From Eledone cirrhosa (lineage: Eukaryota): a stretch of 64,000 nt of DNA. The notes under the pieces were generated by a model that saw only the letters and a list, made by a program, of their open reading frames with translations, searched no databases and was not told the origin of the DNA. Location of the stretch: assembly GCA_964016885.1 (NCBI GenBank), contig OZ024742.1:248124001-248188000 (forward strand), written 5' to 3'. Shown piece by piece: positions 1-13,379 of this stretch; position 1 is the stretch's first letter; the number at the start of each line of letters is the position of its first letter. Position numbers and translations under genes: made by a program.

Positions 1-84
1 ACATTGTTTGCAGAAATAAATAATTAAGGAAATTCAGCATGCTTGGCCTCCTGTCATTTCACTATTAATATATATATAAATATA

Positions 85-1600
85 TAGGTATTAAAGGTAC
101 TAATTAATTGCGTGCGTAGGCGTTATACCGAAGGAGCACTCGATGCTCTTGGTGACCAGAGTATGAATAATATTAATATATAAGGGAACAAAGAATCAGT
201 GTTGCATCATATACATATTAAATTACATATTACATATGTTTCACTGTCGATCAGCTCGAGGAACAATATACTAGTGATCGAACCTGACTCAGGAATCGGA
301 AGCTCCTCAGATATCTGTTAACATATAGACTGATCAATTATATATATATTATGATTTAATTGATTATCCATAATTAGTTTTACCCTAGATATATCAAGTT
401 AGAATAGGGGCTACTTTCCGCCGATGATTCAATCCAAACTTCCTCTGTTGATTCAATTTACTCTCAACCATGATATGAATGGAGATACTACCATGTTATA
501 TGAGAAATAGTTGCTAACTTGTTCGCATTTGCAAACTCCATACTGCTTGATAGACCAACTACTCATAATGATGTTATCAATGTAATGGCGAGTCAAGGAT
601 AATAATATATATGATTTACATGCTGGTACTGAACTAATGTGTCTTTGAAAACAGATGTTCGACAATACTATAACTTAAATTGTCTTAATTTATTGTCACT
701 GATATTATCAATGATGTCCTACAGTTAATTAGTTACTATAAAACTGGAAAAATAATTATGTTTCTAGATGGTCTACCGTCTGAATTATAATTCAGACGGT
801 AGACCATCTTGCTCTTGTCTTCATTTACTCTCAGTGAGGGAGTCTTTGGTAAATACTGACTTACTTTTTGTTAATAGTTATGGCCTTGGATACTCTATCT
901 TCTTCTTCTTCTTCTTCTTCTTCTTCTTCTTCTTCTTCATGAGCCACTTACTTATAATAGTGTTGTGGGTGCTGTGTCTTGATTTACTGATAATTTTGTT
1001 ATCATTGTCAATGTTCTTATGACTCACACATATGTAAATCTAGGTGGTCTCCTATGAAGTTATATCTAATAAAAGTTTTATTGGGTGAATTAATGATATA
1101 GACCCTGTTTCTACGAGAAATGTTTTGAATGGGGGCGGGTATGAAACGAGGAATAGTGACTTATGTTTTACAATCCAATTAGTCATATCTTGGAAATACC
1201 AAGTTAGTCTAACGTCTTTGTAATCACAGTTTACTGTAAACGCTCATATCTTTGCAGACACTAAGATACTATGCGGCGATTTGTTGCTAACAATCTAGTC
1301 AGAGTCTTCAAGTGCCCATTGAGACACTTTATTTTCGTTGACACTGTTATTGTTATGATGGGTGATGGGGAGGTCAAAATGGTGAATGGTGAATGATGAA
1401 TTACTTGTTCCTAAATAATTATTGTAGTCTTAGGAGACTAGATGTTAGACACTCTAACATCTTCATAAGTTGTCCCAATTTACTGTTACTGTTATTAAAA
1501 ATGGAAGAAAACTATACAAAACGTAGTGCAGTATTTAAGTGGCTCCCTCTACTTCATTCTGTGTTAAAATCTGGACTGAAGTGATTTTATCTTTTATTCA
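85..1600 (-). mobile_element. Degenerate Penelope-like element (decayed endonuclease region plus HHR-bearing terminal repeat)
   Basis: Minus-strand HHR at 227-314 and ACTC..GAGTGCT hairpin at 135-162. ORF 453-665 (SLTRHY..SWSIK) weakly resembles a PLE GIY-YIG C-terminus. 5' boundary uncertain. Confidence 0.5.
227..314 (-). ncRNA. Type I hammerhead ribozyme, long stem II
   Basis: atat-CTGAGGA...tcgatca/tgatcga...GAAAC-ATAT-GTA-atat; palindromic stem III loop; stem I only 4 bp. Confidence 0.6.
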
Positions 1601-2157
1601 TAAATATTTATTTCATAAAGACAAATTGTATAGGTGTGAAGGTTCATTTCTTTGGGGTTAGGGTATTCGGCTCAGAATCGTAATGTCGTGAGTTCAATTC
1701 TCGGCGGTGCATGGCATCCTTTATTTTCTATTCCTCTAGATTATTCAGCTGATAACAATGAGTTGCAGTTCTCCTTCAAACCGCCAGAATTGTCACATTG
1801 TGTGTGCCACTTAATCTCCATTTTATTTACGATACAGGCGCATGTGTCTGTGGAATGCTCAGCCTCGTTCACGTTAATTTCAGCAGCAGGCTGTTCCATT
1901 GTTTGAATTAACTGGTCGTCATAACCCATGGTATGAGAGTAGAGAAGGCTATTTGTAACACGAGTGAGTTGGCATTTTAATTTGGATATCATCTTCCTCA
2001 TTTCTGGCAGAGCATGAAATATTGTTAAAGCAGCCGACAAAATATATATTTTGTAGTGTCGGGACCTAAGTTAAAATTCTGTTGTCAATAAAAGCAAAAT
2101 GTGAATGATTACGTTCAAGTCATGTGTTAGAAAATGAGATATGTATCCACAAGAGAT

Positions 2158-2194
<37 letters not shown>

Positions 2195-2195
<1 letters not shown>

Positions 2196-3177
2196 TTCTT
2201 TATTAGCCACAAGGGCGCAACAAGAAAGGGGACAATACAAAGACATGCCGGGGATTTTACATACAGTCGTGTAAAAAATATAAAAACAAACAATTTCAAC
2301 AATCGAAATCCCCAATAGGGGGGAGGCGCCACAAATGGGTTGTTTAATACCCCGTCGATAGAACAACCCTCAACTCAAGGAGCGTGTTGTGCAAGTGCTC
2401 CTTTCTTCCTTTTGCTCTCTTCCTCAACCTACAGGCTTATAAACAGAGAAGGCCCAATCACTCGGGCCATTTTTGCTTCATTCACCCACCTTTCAGTAAA
2501 TTTACTGGGGTGCAGTGCCTCTCTCTCCACCCTGATTCTCCTTCTAAAGTGATACTTAAAGAATGGAATCAATTGTTGTCCGGAGAGAAAGGCATCTGTC
2601 CTCAGTCCTCTCAACCTCGTCCACCATATAACTTCTTTCACCATAGCCACCGTACAGAGGAAAACCGCCTCTCTTTCGTTTTTGAAAGAGTCTGGCGGTT
2701 TGATCCTTACTATGGACTCGGCAGTCAACTGTATTTGTCCCATACGCGACAGCAGTTGTTCTGCATAGTTCCACAGGTCGCTTACGCCCGGGCAGTGTAC
2801 AATTGCGTGCAGAACTGTTTCAATGTCCTGCGCACATCTTGGACACGTCCTCTTGGAAGGATCCCTGCCAGGGCGTCCGTGCCTGTAGATCTTGTCACGA
2901 ACCGGTAGAGCTCCTCGGTAGCACTGCCAGGCCAGGGACCTCTGGAAGTTGTCCATAGGTCCCGGGCGGAAAGTCCTACCAAACATACTGGTGAGCTCAT
3001 CGTCTTCGACGCCCAGAGTCTCTCCGAGCACGTCGTCGCCCTTGTAACGTACAATCCCTCTATAGAATGTCGAAGTGGAGTCTCCACTGATTGCTGCGCC
3101 CGCTTGCCAGAGGACTGTGAGCGCCTGAGCGCATTCAATGTGCCAGGCGCCCATCGTTTTCGGTCTTTTCTTCACCC
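2195..3177 (-). mobile_element. 5'-truncated L1/Tx1-clade LINE (ORF2 C-terminus plus 3' UTR)
   Basis: ORF 2429-3175 has a zf-RVT-like motif (WQCYRGALPVRDK..CPRC..ETVLHAIVHC..W). 3' end GTGGCTAATAAAGAA. (GATA)n on both flanks. Confidence 0.85.
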
Positions 3178-3758
3178 AGATAGATAGATAGATAGATAGA
3201 TAGAGAGAATGATTAAAACAGTGAGAATTCCGTCAAATTACCCCGATGTCGAAACGTAGCATTTAAACATAGTAGGCTAAAGCAGAGTTGACCTCGGAAC
3301 GCGGATAGTAGATAACAAGCATTAATTGCATCGGGCGGGCTTAAAGCAGTTTAGATGTCGTCCACATCTCTAATATATAAACAAGGTTTATGAGAGACAT
3401 CTACACATAATGCGTCAGTGATATAATAACAACTACTTAGTCGGTCCGATCTTGTGTTAGAATAAATTTAGACGAATGGCGTCATGGAGAAAATCGAAAC
3501 AGAAACTCGGCAGCCACGAAGTGGGCTTTGTAACCATAGAATAATAACACGAATTATATATATATATACTTATCTCTCTCTCTGTATCTGTGTGTGTGTG
3601 TAGGTGTATATGCATGAATATTAATACATGTACAACCCATGTTTCTTCTAGCGTCTGAAGATCAAAGTTTGGTGAGCTATGAAATCACAATGAAATCAAT
3701 CGGGTGACGGGTTTGTCCTTGTGCTAAATGATAATTAAACTAAACTAGTTATGCGTAT

Positions 3759-3818
<60 letters not shown>

Positions 3819-4517
3819 ATGTATATATATATATATATATTTACGAGTATATATCTTTACATATATGTATCTGTTCAGTTTCCGATGTGTGAATTTATGG
3901 AGATAATTATCGACTTCTAAAACTGATTGATTAAGGCCTCAGTGAATAATATTATCGATTTTCATTGAGGATTTATATTTCCAATTATAGATCTTAATTT
4001 GTCAGGAACCGATTGCCTCTGGACCAATTGCTTTGACTTCACAATGCATCAATATATGTGCGTGTAAGTGTGTGCTTGTTTACTCTATCTGTTACCTCTA
4101 ATTGACTTGTGAGGATTAACATGGACGGAAAATTAGCAAAACATTCCATTAGAAACAAAATTATTGCACATACACATGCACACATACAACATACACCGTC
4201 AATACCGTCACACACATGTGTGAGCGTGTCAGACACACAAACACACATACAACACACTCATACATACACACACACGGACACAGACATATATATATATGTG
4301 TATATACATATATTTATTTATATATATGTATATTTATATATATTTATACGTATATATATATATTTGTAAATATATATATATATATGTACATATGTATATA
4401 ATATATCCATATGTATATAATATATATATATATATACATATATATGTATATAATATATCCATATGTATATAATATATATATATACATATATATGTATATA
4501 ATATATACATATGTATA

Positions 4518-4607
<90 letters not shown>

Positions 4608-4979
4608 CATATAGATAAATAGATATAGATAAAGATACATCCATACATATATGAGAGTGTGATATTTTATATTTGTGTATTTGTGCGTGTAGTATGTGAT
4701 TTACAAGTAATCCATTATATGTTTAACCCTTCTAATACACCAACTAACTTGATATTATCCAATTATCTAGATATTCTCCAAATTATCCTTCTCTTTGATA
4801 TCATCCTATTTCAATACGGTTTAATGCCTCATATCCTTCTGTGTCGTACAACACACTACGGCTGGCACCTGCTCTCTGTATCTATAGATATCAATTTAAC
4901 CTTTTCACTCAGCATTACTGCAAAAATCACTCCGCCAAAAGAAGAGCACACGGTTGCCTCTCCATGCTATATTCCTCCT

Positions 4980-5010
<31 letters not shown>

Positions 5011-5418
5011 ATCATCATCATCATCTCTTCCTCCCATCATCCTCTTTCTCAACTTCCCCCACCGCCTCCTGATCGTCCTCATATCCCTCCCCTTTCTTCG
5101 ATCCTTCTCCTCCCCCTCCCTCCCTCCCTCCTCATACTACTACTACTACTACTACTACCATCTATCTATCTTTCTATCTATCTATCTATCTATCTAGTCT
5201 CTCTTCTCAACCATGCCTGAGCAATCCCTCATTCACATCCTCATTGAGTTATTTAAAACACCATGCCTTGGTTCTCTTTCACGTTACCTTTCTCGACCTC
5301 TCTCTCATTCTATTTATCAATTTATCATTCAATTTATGTAACCATCTCCCTAATCTCTATTTCCCCCTCTCTCTACCCCTTTCTCTCATTCTCTTTCTCT
5401 CTGGAACTCCACTCTGTC

Positions 5419-5493
<75 letters not shown>

Positions 5494-6038
5494 GTGTGTG
5501 TGTATATATATATATGTGTGTGTGCATACATAAAAACATATATACATAAATATAGATATAAACGCATTACTCACCACCACTATAACAATCACTCCACGGC
5601 TACACACACCCCTCTTTCTTATATTTCAACACACGTCAAGTAGTTTATTCGATTTACTTCAATAATATTGAGAACAATAGTATAGAAAGTGAAGTATTTT
5701 TCTAATCGGAATTTAAAGACACTTGAAGATTACTCACTCTCAGACTACATATTATCTGACCCTTTTATGTCTACATAATAATGATCATATTCATAGCTGT
5801 CTGGTTAAGAGGTTCGTTTAATAAGCAAGTGGCTCTATGTTCAATTAGAGATTAAAAGGATAAACTAACCTCGCTTTTTCATTATCTTGTTTATGTATCT
5901 CTTATTTTTAAACAGTTTAAAGCCTTTAACGATATATTTTCATTATATACTTCTGCTCTGTATTAACCTCAACGTGCTGGTAACGGAGTGACAGTTGCTA
6001 TCTATAAACAAAGGAAAAATGGGAGATAACGACAATAT

Positions 6039-6280
6039 AATTGGTTCTACTTTTGGCACAAGGCCAGCAATTATCCCAGTGCATTAATGATGCTTTATTT
6101 ATCGACCCCGTAAAGATGAAAGGCAAAGTTAACCTAAGACCATAAAGGGACATAACTCTATGCTGGAAAGCATGGCGTCTGACCCTCTACCGATACTGCC
6201 AATCCACCATATGACAATATAATTGTTTCTACTTTTGGCACAAGGCGAGCAATTATACCATTGTATTACTGGTACTTGAC
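6039..6280 (-). mobile_element. tRNA-derived SINE family 1 (one internally deleted copy plus a 3' fragment)
   Basis: Matches copies at 36728, 47678 and 62558; 3' end CCTTGTGCCAAAAGTAGAAACAATT. Confidence 0.8.
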
Positions 6281-6610
6281 GAGTGGGAACCATATCGGGA
6301 GAGATGTGACGTGCACATAACCAACAATTAAAATATATAATATATGAGGACCCTGTGTCCAGGGAAATCTTAATATATAAAAATAATCTGAAATGCAATG
6401 TTTTAAGTAGAAGTATATCAATTCTTTTAGGTTTGTATGGGAGAAACAGAGATGGTCTCGCCAAGAGGGAAACCCAAAACATAAATATGGACACTTAGGT
6501 GAAAAAAGAATAAAATAAAGAAAATTATAAGCTGGCCGTTACAGGTACCTCTGCAAAACAGTGGTAATCTCAATCAATCTGTCAACCTCTCATTTCGAGA
6601 AAAGCGCATC

Positions 6611-7581
6611 AATAGACAAACTACCTGGTTCTCTCCTCCCTTCTCACTCAACGTTAAAACCAATGTAGGAAAACAATTTCTAGCCCTCTTATATAGACAC
6701 TTCCCCATAGGTCATAAATACTGCTCCATCTTTAACCGACACAAAGTTAAACTAGGATACTCCTGCGCTAAGAACATGAAGGCCCACATCACCAGCAGCC
6801 CTAAGAGCAACACCCCTCAAGGGTGCTCTTGCCGTAAGCCTGAAGATTGCCCCCTTCAACAGCAATGCAACACACCAGCTGAAATCTATGAAGCTGTGGT
6901 CACTTCCAACCGACCAAACGAACTACAGGAGGTCAAATCCTATCTGGGCATGGCGGAGGGCCGATTCAAGGAGCGTTTCCTGAACCACCAGTCTACCTTC
7001 AGATACCCGGATAGACGTTCATCCACGAAACTCGCGAGCCATGTATGTTCCCTCAAGGACTCAAGTATAGGCTACTCCATTCAATGGAAAGCCATCACTA
7101 AGTCCAAGCCATACGCAAGGGAAAATCTGATGTGTCGCTTATGTATTGACGAACGAATAACTATCCTAAAGAGATTACGCAATAGTGATTGCCTAAACAC
7201 GAAAAGTTAATTTTTTACACGTTGTCCACACGTCACCAAACATCTATTGCATAACTACAAAGCTCCGGACTGATTCTTTGTAATTTTATTTTAAATTTAA
7301 TTTACAACCTAAAAACTTTCCGGACTTTCGCAGTCATTTCCCTTACACCTCCCGCACGCAGTCTAGTATTGCCTGCGTGAAGTGACCAAGTTTCTGCGTA
7401 TGCGCATTCGTACGGTTGTCGTTCCTGTTCCTATAACCATACACATCCCGAGCTGAAGATCCGCGAAGGTGAAACGATTTTTCTCGGTATGGTGAACTAA
7501 CTGTTGTGTAACCACTTCTACCTAACTCGTCCCTTGGACTGAGTGCTCTACCACTACGGATATTACCTTCCAGTGTTCCAC

Positions 7582-7586
<5 letters not shown>
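6611..7586 (+). mobile_element. 5'-truncated Neptune-type Penelope-like element (family P)
   Basis: WFSPPFS..HFP..IFNRHKVKLGYSC, CSC..CPL..C linker, GIY-YIG (IYEAVV..YLGMAEGRFKERFLNH). Close homolog at 52392-54806. Ends in (TA)n. Confidence 0.92.
7448..7487 (+). ncRNA. Minimal hammerhead in family P terminal repeat (cleavage triplet mutated)
   Basis: ccgag-CTGAAGA-tccgcgaaggt-GAAAC-gatt-ttt-ctcgg; intact homolog at 54654. Confidence 0.7.
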
Positions 7587-7635
<49 letters not shown>

Positions 7636-7890
7636 GGTATATATTGAGTTAGAAACACAAAATAGTCTTCTAAATTTAATAAACAAAGAAAGATGTTTTT
7701 TCTGAACCGTATAATATAATTCAATATAAACAAATATAAACTCAGATATAAACATATATGTGTTCAAATCGTAAAGGACCAGATTCGCTAGGATGAAATA
7801 AATACTAACTATTTACAATATGGTTTGCCAGGCTCAATTAAGGTAATACATCAAGAAAAGAACTACAAACCGATATTGGGCAACTCCCAG

Positions 7891-7968
7891 ACACCTAGAC
7901 ACCATTTGGTATGCTGTTTGGTAATTTCAGCGAAAGGAATTACCAATTCCTTGCTCATCAGTAGGTGT
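7891..7968 (-). ncRNA. Type I hammerhead ribozyme in a ~360-bp (TA)n-flanked insert (7631-7985)
   Basis: acaccta-CTGATGA-gc-aaggaatt/aattcctt-tcgct-GAAA-ttacca..tggt-GTC-taggtgt; perfect 7-bp stem I. Confidence 0.85.
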
Positions 7969-8019
7969 AAATTTAGTAAACCCTTATATATATATACACA
8001 TACTGTTTCTGAGGATATA

Positions 8020-8093
<74 letters not shown>

Positions 8094-8702
8094 ATATATA
8101 TATTAATAAAGCCACTTAACAGTTCGTGTTCTTCAGCGGCCTCGTATTGCAGACATTATATATATAAGTATGGACGAGGTATCAAATTCTCATGAAGTTT
8201 ATTATGTTGTGACGCGCGTTTCATGATTGGTCAGCTCAGGGTTCGATCTCTAACAGTCGGGACAGACTCTGGAATCAAAAGTTTCTCAGACTTCTGTTTG
8301 AGTATTTGATAGATGTAAATTTTTCAATAAGTGCGAGAATGTGCATGCGGTGAGGGTGAGTGCATATATCTTTACCGTGTAGTTATTTCGCAGACAAAAT
8401 ATCAGTCGGTGTGAATGTATTTTTGTGTGTGAAGACGGGGCTGGGGTGAATGTAATATCTTTATCATATCGTTTGTTTGTGTGTGTTTGTGTGTGTGAGT
8501 GAGAAAATATGTAGCGTGTTATTTTGGTACGTATTTTTAGAAAAGCTCAGGTGAAACACTTGTTTACTTCTGAAAGAAATTTGAAAGCAACATAGCTATA
8601 TGTGAAATGTCTCCGATATAAACACATGTGTAATATTAAGTAACAAAGAAAAGATATATAAATGATAATAAAATTCAATTTAATTTGGTGTAGTTTTAAG
8701 TA

Positions 8703-8836
8703 ATTGTTTCTACTTTAGGCACGAGGTCAGCAACTTGAAGGAGAGGAGAAAGACACTTGAATCGACGTCAGTGCATTACTGGTGCTTTATTTTATCGACT
8801 TCGTAAGGATGAAAGGAAGGGAAAACTAACCTCGGC
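8703..8836 (-). mobile_element. SINE family 1, 3' part
   Basis: Homologous to the other family 1 copies. Confidence 0.7.
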
Positions 8837-8979
8837 TTTTAAATAAAAGTAGTGAATTATTCGAGACTTTAGATCGTTAATATGTGTCCCAGCTCTCTGT
8901 GCACAGCCTTCAAATTTCACTGATAACAACATCGATCTAATTCTTTCATGGTCGTGACACCGATATATATGTATATATG

Positions 8980-9192
8980 AAGGCGCGATGCTGAGTGGTT
9001 AGAGAATTGGAAATCGCAATCGTGAGGCTGTAAGTTCGATTCCCGGACCAAGCAGTACGTTATGTTCTTGGGCAAGACACTTTATCTCACGCTGCTCCTT
9101 CTACTTGGAGTTGCGACCGATAGAGAGTATTAGCAATTGGAAAGACCAATGGAAACATTGGTCATTTTCGACGTAAGTCGATCGACTGTCGA
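8980..9192 (+). mobile_element. tRNA-derived SINE family 2
   Basis: A box-like (GCTGAGTGG) and B box (GTTCGATTCC), then CTTGGGCAAGACACTT (CORE/V-SINE-like). Second copy at 48584-48795. Confidence 0.8.
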
Positions 9193-9238
9193 AATATATA
9201 CATATCACATATATATAACTTATACATATATATATATG

Positions 9239-9327
<89 letters not shown>

Positions 9328-9328
<1 letters not shown>

Positions 9329-9773
9329 AGAAGTTCTATTTCAATTGTTGGGATACAACAAGCAAATATTTTTATAACTGATATAAAGCACTCAACAAAT
9401 AATTGGAGTAAAAATACGATATTAACAAATGGAAACTATATTTATAAAACCATATTTATTTCATTATACATATTTCAAGGACACCAAGTTAAATTATGGT
9501 GTGCTTTCATCAGATAAAATATAATATAGAGCAGTTTTATAAATAAATATTGACTAACCCTTAAATAATGCAACCATTACTGTTGGAAGGTCCCGAGAGC
9601 TTCCAACAGTAATGGTTGCATTCTTTAAGGGTATGTCAATATTTATTTATAAAACTGCTCTATATTATATTTTATCTGATGAAAGCACACCATAATTTAA
9701 CTTGGTGTCCTTGATATATGTATCATGAAATAAATATGGTTTTATAAATATCGTTTCCATTTGTTAATATCGT
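9328..9773. mobile_element. Fold-back HHR element (family A)
   Basis: Inverted arms ~9415-9588 / 9600-9773; left arm extends to 9328. Intact HHR at 9457-9521(-); GAAA>GATA copy at 9668-9732(+). Confidence 0.88.
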
Positions 9774-9788
9774 ATATATATCTATATA

Positions 9789-9833
<45 letters not shown>

Positions 9834-9959
9834 AGGAGGTGAGTTTTATTGTAGTACAATAAAGCAATGCAGATATCGAATAAGAAGCACTCAACAGTTT
9901 GTAGGACTGGAGTATACATAATATATAAGAACAAAAGATGGTTAAAAGAGTTCCATGTA

Positions 9960-10026
9960 TTTTATTATGCGCATTTCAAAAACAAATATCATCATGCAAT
10001 AATATTTGTGTTTTCATCAGATAAAA
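9960..10026 (-). ncRNA. Minimal type I hammerhead (family B)
   Basis: Reverse complement of 12801-12867. Confidence 0.85.
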
Positions 10027-10391
10027 CAGGAAGACATGATATGAAGGTTAAAAAAACACTTGTGGATAGTGCAGTTTTAAGTCAACATATGAAAAGTAGT
10101 TTTAGATTGATGTGTGATATTGGGAAAAATATTTTACTTTGAGGGGTGGGTGGAAAGGATGAAAAAGAGGAGGAGATGAGAGTAAAAAGTGGAGAGGGAG
10201 GAGTATAATGAGGAAGGATGAGATGGGAGGAGAGATGGGTGATAGAGAGAGAGAGAGATAGCTTTTATAACTGAGAAAAATATATTGTTTTACATAGAGA
10301 GGTTGAAAACCGTTGGAAGATAATGTATAAATTAAAAGAATTTGAAAATTAACGAAGAGAAAAATAATGTAAAGTTAAGGTTTGTATATTG

Positions 10392-10560
10392 AAGGGTTTA
10401 ATAATATGTGCGATGAAAAGAAAATGTTAATATGTATTAAGAATAATATTTAAGGGTTCAATAATATGTGCGATGGAAAGAAAAAGTTAATATGTATTAA
10501 GAATAATATTTAAGGGTTTAATAATATATGCGATGGAAAGAAAATGTTGATATGTATTAT
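10392..10560. repeat. ~60-bp tandem repeat x3 inside the family B terminal repeat
   Basis: Unit AAGGGTTTAATAATATGTGCGATG..; mirrored at ~12265-12435. Confidence 0.85.
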
Positions 10561-12800
10561 TAAAGTAAGGATATATTGAGATGAGCATGAATAAGTTAGA
10601 TGAAAGAGAGAAAAAAATAATGAATTGAGGATGAATAATCTAACGTCAAAAAAATGTTTATGTTTACGAAGGATTTTTACAAGGTGATAGAGAGTAAAAA
10701 TGCATTGTATTATGTAATAATTGTTTCTATGTTAGGCATAAAAACAATGATAACCTAAATTATGTTAATTTTAAATCTAACCATCCTACTAATATCAAGA
10801 ATGCTATAGTTAGTAATATTGGAAAAAGAATATCTAACCTATCTTCTAATAAAAACATCTTTGATGCTAACGCCAATTACTATAACAACGCGCTTTCTAA
10901 GGCCGGCTATCCTGATAAAATCAAATATATTAAAGAAACAAATTCTAGAAGATCTTACAGTAGAATAATTAATCATGATCATTCCAATAACTTTAATAAA
11001 AGACCTAGATACAAAAACATAATCTGGTATAATGCTCCTTTCTCCATCTCTATTAATAATAATATTCCTAAATTATTCTTTATTGCCTTAAATAAATGCT
11101 TCCCTCCCTCACATATCTATAGTAAAATATTTAACAAACACACTATAAAATTTTCCTATTCAACATCCTCCAACATTTCCAACATTATCTCTAAACACAA
11201 CAATAAAATACTAAATACTAAATCTCTTCCTTCCAACACAGAATATCATAATAATAGTAATAGTACTCCCGACGTCATTGTAAATCCTAGGCTAATTTCT
11301 GCAAACCCAAATACAACGTCAAACACAACTTCGCTAAATGTTCTTAATCCCATTCTAAATCAAGAAACTATTATTCCTATCGCAAATAACTTCTCCAATC
11401 CAATTCCTTCTATAGATAATATTAGGTCACTCGTTAATAATCTCTCTAATCGCAATTGCAATTGCCCTGTTAAAAATAAATGTCCTCTAAACAACCGTTG
11501 TCTTGATAAAAACTTAATTTTCGAATGTAAAGTTATAACTGACCTTCACCTATTTTGGCTCCACTTCCACCTCCTTTAAAGCTCGTCTTTATAACCATCA
11601 TTCGTCTTTTAAATACAAACTTAAAAGAACCAACACGGCTCTCTCAGAACTCATATAGTCCTTGAAAGACAAAAATATTAAATATAGCATCTTTTGGAAA
11701 AAGGTTTCTTCTGCTTCTCCATACTTGAACAGTTCTCTATCCAAGATTTGCAATCTCTGTCTAAATGAAAAATTTACCATTATATCTGATTTAGATTCTA
11801 TAATAAATAGACGCACTGACTTGTTTTCTCTCTGCTTGCATAAATTCCACAAAACATTCCACAAAGTATACAGCTAATATCCAAAACTTTATCAATTTAG
11901 AATCTTTTTCTCAAAGGCCCATATATATATATACTTCTTTAAAAATATACCCATCTTTCTACCTTATTTCAAAGTTATTTATTATACATTATAATACTTG
12001 TTACTCATTCTATATCTCTCCTATTTATCACTTCCCTTTCTTCTCTTTTTCTCTTAATGTCTAACCCCTAATCTGTACCTTTTCTCACTGTTGCCTAACA
12101 TAGAAACAATTATTACATAAAACAATACATTCTTACTCTATATCACCTTGTAAAAATCCTTCGTAAACATTTTTTTGACGTTAGATTATTCATCCTCAAT
12201 TCATTATTTTCTTCTCCCTTTCATCTAACTTATTCATGATCATCTCACAATATATCCTTACTTTAATAATACATATCAACATTTTCTTTCCATCGCACAT
12301 ATTATTAAACCCTTAAATATTATTCTTAATACATATTAACTTTTTCTTTCCATCGCACATATTATTAAACCCTTAAATATTATTCTTAATACATATTAAC
12401 ATTTTCTTTTCATCGCACATATTATTAAACCCTTCAATATACAAACCTTAACTTTACATTATTTTTCTCTTCGTTAATTTTCAAATTCTTTTAATTTATA
12501 CATTATCTTCCAACGGTTTTCAACCTCTCTATGTAAAACAATATATTTTTCTCAGTTATAAAAGCTATCTCTCTCTCTCTACCACCCATCTCTCCTCCTA
12601 TCTCATCCTTCCTCATTATACTCCTCCCTCTCCACTTTTTACTCTCATCTCCTCCTCTTTTTCATCCCCACCCCCACCCCACCCTCAAAATAAAATATTT
12701 TTCCCAATATCACACATCAATCTAAAACTACTTTTCATATGTTGACTTAAAACTGCACTATCCACAAGTGTTTTTTTAACCTTCATATCATGTCTTCCTG

Positions 12801-12867
12801 TTTTATCTGATGAAAACACAAATATTATTACATGATGATATTTGTTTTTGAAATGCGCATAATAAAA
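12801..12867 (+). ncRNA. Minimal type I hammerhead (family B)
   Basis: ttttat-CTGATGA-aaacacaaatat..atatttgttttt-GAAA-T-GCGC-ATA-ataaaa; palindromic stem III. Confidence 0.88.
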
Positions 12868-12897
12868 TACATGGAACTCTTTTAACCATCTTTTGTT

Positions 12898-12937
<40 letters not shown>

Positions 12938-13314
12938 TGTGTATGTGTGTCGGTAGTGGTGGCATGAGTGTGAATACACAATGCTTGTGTTAAGAAGTAT
13001 TAAACAAATTTAAAATTTGAAATATGGACGTCCCAACCCAAATAACCTGAGTATTAATCGATCAAAAGGAGTTAAAAATGCGGGAATATCTCATTGCCAG
13101 GAAAGGACCCCGAATTCTTCGAAGTCAGGCATTAGCAAAGAGCTACTGATAAATAGTGACATTTTCGAATATATTAAACCAGTAGCAAGAGGTGTAAGCA
13201 AAGAAACTGAATGGGTGCCCTCAGCATGGCCACAACCATTCTGATAGATCGCAAATAAATAAAAAGAAGCATTCCGCAATTTGAAACTGATTATTATCGT
13301 ACACACACACACAC

Positions 13315-13364
<50 letters not shown>

Positions 13365-13379
13365 GTTCGCTCTACATGA

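Larger units (their letters stand above)
9833..12905 (+). mobile_element. 5'-truncated Neptune-type PLE (family B) with upstream inverted terminal repeat
   Basis: Disrupted ORF ~10760-11875 (SNHP, WYNAPFS, IFNKHTIKFSYS, CNC..CPL..CL, FKARLYNH, CNLCLNEK). 9833-10738 is the inverted copy of 12092-12905. Microsatellite on both flanks. Confidence 0.92.

Noticed and set aside
1741-2040. 99-aa minus-strand ORF of normal complexity
   Set aside because: No recognisable domain or splice context.
4039-5607. Many ORFs rich in IY, HT, CV, ER, poly-L or poly-S, here and throughout the window
   Set aside because: Translations of microsatellites, not genes.
8105-8160. Minus-strand CTGAAGA..GAAC in a tiny insert
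   Set aside because: Core incomplete and stems too weak.
8980-9050. tRNA-like heads (also ~1655-1715 and 48584)
   Set aside because: SINE promoter regions without a full cloverleaf, so not tRNA genes.
9328-9773. Interpreting the palindromes as MITEs or pre-miRNAs
   Set aside because: Arms are asymmetric, contain HHRs, and in families B and P match the termini of ORF-bearing PLEs.
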